From Candidatus Multivoradales bacterium (GTDB lineage: Bacteria > Acidobacteriota > Thermoanaerobaculia > Multivoradales > J023), in assembly GCA_965248925.1 (NCBI GenBank), contig CBDFLE010000006.1:4352001-4416000 (forward strand): a DNA stretch of 64,000 nucleotides. The letters run 5' to 3'. Below the pieces are notes generated by a model, which was not told the origin of the DNA, ran no database searches, and worked only from the letters and a program-made list of their open reading frames with translations. Both the position numbers and the translations under genes were made by a program. This document shows, piece by piece, positions 59,525-64,000 of the stretch (its first letter is position 1; every line of letters starts with the position of its first letter).

Positions 59525-60484
59525 TTGTCGAGCTTGAAAGGGCATCTGTGGACCCTTGGACCGGTTCTCGGCCAACGGCTGCGGCCGCCGCGGGTGGTGG
59601 CGGGTGAGTCCTGGCGCCTCCGGCTGACCGATCCAGAAGTTGGTGAGGTCGAGCTCAGCGGCCAATTGCACGCGGTGCCAGGCAGTCCCTCACTGGTGGT
59701 CCTGGTGCATGGCTTGGGCGGCTGCATCGACAGCCAATACGTCATCCACGCCGCCCGCGAGGCGCACGCCCGCGGTGTGTCTTGCTTGCGTCTCAACATG
59801 CGCGGTGCCGATCGCCAGGGCGCGGACCTGCATCATGCCGGGCTCAGCGCGGATCTCGAAGCAGTGCTGGCCAGTGCCGAGTTGGCGCCCTATGACCATC
59901 TCTACGTGGCCGGTTTTTCGCTCGGTGGCCATCTGGCTCTGCACCTTGCCACTTGCGTTCGCGAGCCCCGCCTGCGGGCGGTGGCGGCGACTTGCTCGCC
60001 CCTCGACTTGTCGCAGTCGGTGGCCGCGTTCGATATCCCTCGCCGGGCGGTTTACCGGCGCTACGTGCTGGCGGGCTTGGTCGACATCTACAGCGCCATT
60101 GCCGCCCGTCGTACTCTGCCGGTGCCGCTGGCGCGAATGCGCCAGGTGCGCAAGCTGCGGGAGTGGGATCGTCTGTCGGTGGTGCCGCGGTTCGGCTTTA
60201 GCAGCACCGCCGATTACTACGCTCGCGCCAGCGTGGCGGCGCGGCTCGGTGAGCTGCGGGTGCCGGCATTGTTGGTGCTCAGCGAAGGCGATCCGATGGT
60301 GCCGACCGAGGCGGTGCGTCCGGTGTTGGAGGGCGCTCTGCCGCCCAGGCTGGAGGTGCGCTGGACGAAGCGCGGTGGGCACATGGGCTTTCCCTCCAAT
60401 CTCGATCTCGGCCTCGGTCAACGCAGCGGTATCTACGGCCAGGTGTTCAGCTGGTTGCTACAGCCCTCGCTGCAGGCGGTCTAG
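59525..60484 (+). CDS. YheT-like alpha/beta hydrolase
   Basis: HGLGG, GFSLGG nucleophile elbow, DPMV, GGHMGF; start uncertain. Confidence 0.85.
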   Translation: MSSLKGHLWTLGPVLGQRLRPPRVVAGESWRLRLTDPEVGEVELSGQLHAVPGSPSLVVLVHGLGGCIDSQYVIHAAREAHARGVSCLRLNMRGADRQGADLHHAGLSADLEAVLASAELAPYDHLYVAGFSLGGHLALHLATCVREPRLRAVAATCSPLDLSQSVAAFDIPRRAVYRRYVLAGLVDIYSAIAARRTLPVPLARMRQVRKLREWDRLSVVPRFGFSSTADYYARASVAARLGELRVPALLVLSEGDPMVPTEAVRPVLEGALPPRLEVRWTKRGGHMGFPSNLDLGLGQRSGIYGQVFSWLLQPSLQAV

Positions 60485-60736
60485 GGACGTATCCTACGGA
60501 AGGCGTGGGTGATACGCCTCTCTAAGCATTGACCGTCAGGAGTCTTTCTGAGATAGACTGCGGGCTCTAGAGCCGAAGTACCTTCGGCGGTGGGGTCTTG
60601 CCGCGTGGCCAACTCCTCTGTCGAGCCGATATCTCGCCTGAGTCCCGTGCCGCTCAGTCGGTTCAATACACCCGTTAGGAAGAGCTGGTGGCGGCAGGCG
60701 AGTGATCTAGTTCAATATTCCGGAAGGAGAATTCCG

Positions 60737-62428
60737 ATGCGTAGGAGCGGAGTCGCGACATGGACCACGTTGGCGGCGTTGTTGCTCGCCGTGGTCGCTG
60801 CAAGTCCCGCCACGGCAGATAATAATTGCTGGGATCAGGGATACAAGACAGCCTACGACCGGGTAGGGCGCCTGGGTGGCCCGAACAAAATCGCCGGTCC
60901 GGTGAAGAGTCCAGCTGAACTTGCCGAGTTGCTGCGTGCCGAGCCGGCGATCTGGAACGAACTCGTCGAGCTGATGAATCAAAAGGGGCAGGGCGATGTT
61001 GCCGACCTGCTCTACGGCGCGATTCAGTCTGGGAATGCCGAAGTAGCACCAATCCTCGAAGGCCAGGTCTATCAGTGGATGGCGTTCAAGAAGCGCGGTT
61101 CGCCGAAGACCTCGCGTGGCGCGGTCTGCATGGTGGTGCCCGACGGGCGTTACACGTCCTACAACTACGAGGTCGTTCAGGTTGGGCCAGTGATGGCCGA
61201 CAAGATGGGCGATTTCGGCCTCCTGGCCAGCAATCCCGAGCCGGGCGTGGTGCGGCTGGAGGTCACCGGCAACGCCGAGGGCGTAGACGTAGTGGGTCCG
61301 GACGGCCCCATAACTTTGAGCGGTGGTAGCTGGACCCAGAACATTGATGAGTCTGAAGATGCGCGCACGATGGAGTTCACCGCCAGCCGCGCCAACTGGG
61401 GCACCCAGACCGAGACCCCGCATCGGTTCGCTATCCCCCCGGCTTGCGTCAACTTGTCTTACATCGGCGCGGGCCCGACCCAAACCAAGAAAGTCGAGCT
61501 CGATCCGACCCACCAGTCGGCTTCGGTTGCCGTTCCGGCGACTATCCGCGCCAGCTGCGAAATCTCAGTGGAGCCGGAGACGGTCAAGCGCAAGGGCTCG
61601 GTGGTAGCCACCGTCAGCGGTGAGTTCGACGAGGTCGTCACCGTCGTGATCGGCCCGGACGGCAGCGAGATCACTACCTTCAGTGGTACTTCCAGTGGCC
61701 CGATCAAGCTGAAGAAGAAGGGTGCCTACACCTTCCGCGGCAAGGCTACTCGGGGCAGCAAGACCGCCACTTGTAGCGCCGAAGCGTGGGCTGGTCGCCG
61801 ACCGAAGGGGGCCGCTGTAGCCGCCGCCGCGGGCGCTTGTCATGAGCATGGTAGTGGCAGCTGGATCTTGCGACCATTCGCCAGCTACCTGGGCAGTTCA
61901 GGTTCGAGCGTCTTCACCAGCAGCTTCCGGGCTGACGGTACCAACGAGCGCAGTCAACTCGAACTGGCGGATGGCAGTGCCCTCGGGGTCAGTCTTGAGC
62001 GCCTGTTCGGTAATTGCCGGGCTGGACTCGAAGGCACTTTGATCGCCGGCAACCTCGATGCCAAGCTGTTCTTTGACCTCGACGAGGCCTGGGACCATGA
62101 TGACGAGGATCTCGGCTTCCTGGCCTTCACCCTCGGGCCGAATTTCCACCTGACGCCGAACAGCAATGTGGATCTCTACTTCGGCCCGTTTGTGGGCTAC
62201 GTCACGGTCGACGACGTCAGCTTCTCGGTGTTGGGCGAGACCCAGCGCCGCAATTTCGAAGACGGGGTGACTTTCGGCGCCCAGCTCGGACTCGATATCC
62301 CCTTTGGCGGTAGCGCCTGGGGACTGCATCTGGGCACCCGCTTCTTGGAGATTAGTAGCGAAGTCAGTGATATCGATACCGATCTGGATACCTTGACCGC
62401 TGACCTGGGCTTGGCCTTCAGGTTCTGA
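60737..62428 (+). CDS. Secreted protein with C-terminal OmpW-like beta-barrel
   Basis: RBS GAAGGAG, signal peptide; C-terminal NFHLTP..VDLYFGPFVGY..FGAQLGLD..LGLAFRF. Confidence 0.65.
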   Translation: MRRSGVATWTTLAALLLAVVAASPATADNNCWDQGYKTAYDRVGRLGGPNKIAGPVKSPAELAELLRAEPAIWNELVELMNQKGQGDVADLLYGAIQSGNAEVAPILEGQVYQWMAFKKRGSPKTSRGAVCMVVPDGRYTSYNYEVVQVGPVMADKMGDFGLLASNPEPGVVRLEVTGNAEGVDVVGPDGPITLSGGSWTQNIDESEDARTMEFTASRANWGTQTETPHRFAIPPACVNLSYIGAGPTQTKKVELDPTHQSASVAVPATIRASCEISVEPETVKRKGSVVATVSGEFDEVVTVVIGPDGSEITTFSGTSSGPIKLKKKGAYTFRGKATRGSKTATCSAEAWAGRRPKGAAVAAAAGACHEHGSGSWILRPFASYLGSSGSSVFTSSFRADGTNERSQLELADGSALGVSLERLFGNCRAGLEGTLIAGNLDAKLFFDLDEAWDHDDEDLGFLAFTLGPNFHLTPNSNVDLYFGPFVGYVTVDDVSFSVLGETQRRNFEDGVTFGAQLGLDIPFGGSAWGLHLGTRFLEISSEVSDIDTDLDTLTADLGLAFRF

Positions 62429-62572
62429 TACTCGGGCCGAAGGTTCGGCTCTCTGCCGGACTCTAGTTTGCGAGTAGATCCGCAACGCGCTCGTCGGCAC
62501 AGCTGGCGGGCGCGTTGGTCGTATGGGGACCATGAATTGGCGCTCGGTGGCGCTGCCGGGCGAGGGGAAGGT

Positions 62573-64000
62573 TCAGCGCTTGTCTGTCGGGCGGTTGGGT
62601 AGCCGAACCTCGAAACGGGCGCCGCCACTTTTGCGGTTGCTGACACTGACCATGCCGCCGTAACCCTCGACGATCGCCTTGACAATGGCCAATCCAAGCC
62701 CGGAATGGCAGCTAGGGGTGGGTCTTGGAGCGGCGCGATAAGTGAAGAAGCGGTCGAAAATCTTTTCCAGGTGCTCTGTCGGTACCCCCGGACCCCGATC
62801 GAGGATGTTGACTTGCGCAGCCTCTTTGTCGCGGCTGAGTTCGATCCGGATCTCAGAATCGTCCGCTGAGAAGTCCGCCGCGTTGGCGAGTAGATTCTCG
62901 AATACCTGGGTAAGGCGGTCGGCAGAGGCCGCGACCCAAACGGCCCGCGACGGCATTTCCAGATGGAAGCGTAGGCGCTGTTCGCCGAGCATCTCAAAGC
63001 GTTCGACCAAGCCGCCGAGCAGCTGACGTAGGTCGAGCGGCGCTGCCGCTTCGTCGAGTTCGAGATCGATCTGAGTCACTTCGCGGACATCGGTGAGCAG
63101 GCGTTCCAGGCGCGCGACCTCACCCTGCGCCAGGGTGAGAAAGCGCTGTCGCTGCACCGGGTCTTCGACTTCCTCCAATAACTCAGTAGCGCTGCGAATC
63201 GCCGCTAGCGGATTCTTGAATTCGTGGGACACATCCGAGGCGAATGACTCGACGAACTTCAGGTGGCTTTCCAAGCGCCGGGTTAGTTCGGCCAGCGCCC
63301 GGCTCAGATCGCCGATCTCGTCGAGACTACGGGAGCCGCGAAAACGACCGCGCAACCGGCCCCGACGATCCAGCAGAGCCAATGCTTGCAGGCGCAACCG
63401 GCTCACCGGGCGGGCGATGGTGGTTGCCACAAGAAGGCTGAGCACGATCGCCGCCAACACCGAGGCCATCACCACCTTAAAGGCTGCCAGGCGTAGCTCG
63501 TAGAGGTCGCTCAAGATCTGGACAGTGGACTTCGACACCAGAACAACGCCGATCACCCTGTCGCCGTTGCGCACCGGTAGGGCGCTATAGAGGGTCAGGG
63601 AAGTCTGGCCGGGGAAACGTCGATAAGTGGCGCCATAGCTGCCCTCCAGAGCTTTCTGAATTTCGGGGCCGGTGAACTTAGCGCCGCGGGCATAGAACTC
63701 GGCATCGGGTGGCGATTCTGGGGGGTCGAAGAGTAAGCCGTAGAGGAATGAGCCGAGGCGATAGAGGGCGTTGTGTCGCGTCGCGTCGGCCACCTGACCG
63801 TCATAGGTTTGGCCCTCAACTTCAATGCGTGGTCCGAGCCGGCTGGAATCTGCCAGCAAATTGCCCTGCTGATCGATCACCCGCAGGCGAGCTTGGAATT
63901 CCTGGCGCATGTTGACCAGAATGCTTTGGGCGTTGGCTAGCTCCAGGGACTCGTGGGCGGCCAACGCGGCGGCGAAGATGCGTCCTTGCTGCACCATCGA
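62573..64000 (-). CDS. Membrane sensor histidine kinase (ChvG/CreC-like), 5' end beyond window
   Basis: HAMP DEIGDLSRAL, DVSHEFKNPL, NLLANA, DRGPG, GLGLAI. Confidence 0.9.
   Translation of the reverse strand, partial: SMVQQGRIFAAALAAHESLELANAQSILVNMRQEFQARLRVIDQQGNLLADSSRLGPRIEVEGQTYDGQVADATRHNALYRLGSFLYGLLFDPPESPPDAEFYARGAKFTGPEIQKALEGSYGATYRRFPGQTSLTLYSALPVRNGDRVIGVVLVSKSTVQILSDLYELRLAAFKVVMASVLAAIVLSLLVATTIARPVSRLRLQALALLDRRGRLRGRFRGSRSLDEIGDLSRALAELTRRLESHLKFVESFASDVSHEFKNPLAAIRSATELLEEVEDPVQRQRFLTLAQGEVARLERLLTDVREVTQIDLELDEAAAPLDLRQLLGGLVERFEMLGEQRLRFHLEMPSRAVWVAASADRLTQVFENLLANAADFSADDSEIRIELSRDKEAAQVNILDRGPGVPTEHLEKIFDRFFTYRAAPRPTPSCHSGLGLAIVKAIVEGYGGMVSVSNRKSGGARFEVRLPNRPTDKR

Overview
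GC-rich bacterial chromosome segment. The gene content (ADOP-type permease, two Acidobacterial-type VWA proteins, a DGFESGD tail) suggests Acidobacteriota, but this is an inference. Most of the window is housekeeping and metabolic genes: polX, murB, nth, bshA, a YdeP-family oxidoreductase with fdhD, thiC with a TPP riboswitch, hsp20, cdd, icd, sucCD, ndk and a VapC-type toxin-antitoxin pair. The exception is a ~12 kb accessory island with no integrase, bracketed by a diverged 1.2 kb direct repeat (18740-19946 and 30695-31901) that covers a LOG gene and the 5' part of an M28 peptidase. The island has two parts. (i) A 1582-bp segment between two identical 27-bp sites looks like a circularly permuted integron gene cassette: TPR 3' half, attC, then a TIR 5' end that rejoins the TPR half in frame if the segment is circularised. 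(ii) A class III lanthipeptide cluster has a frameshifted LanKC, two duplicated precursors built from tandem S-x-x-[S/T]-x-x-C heptads, an ABC exporter and an ADOP permease. Outside the island there is a promoter-preceded, highly structured candidate ncRNA (~8850-9160), a stand-alone SMC/Rad50-like ATPase and several gene remnants. All product calls come from motif recognition by eye; no database search was run.
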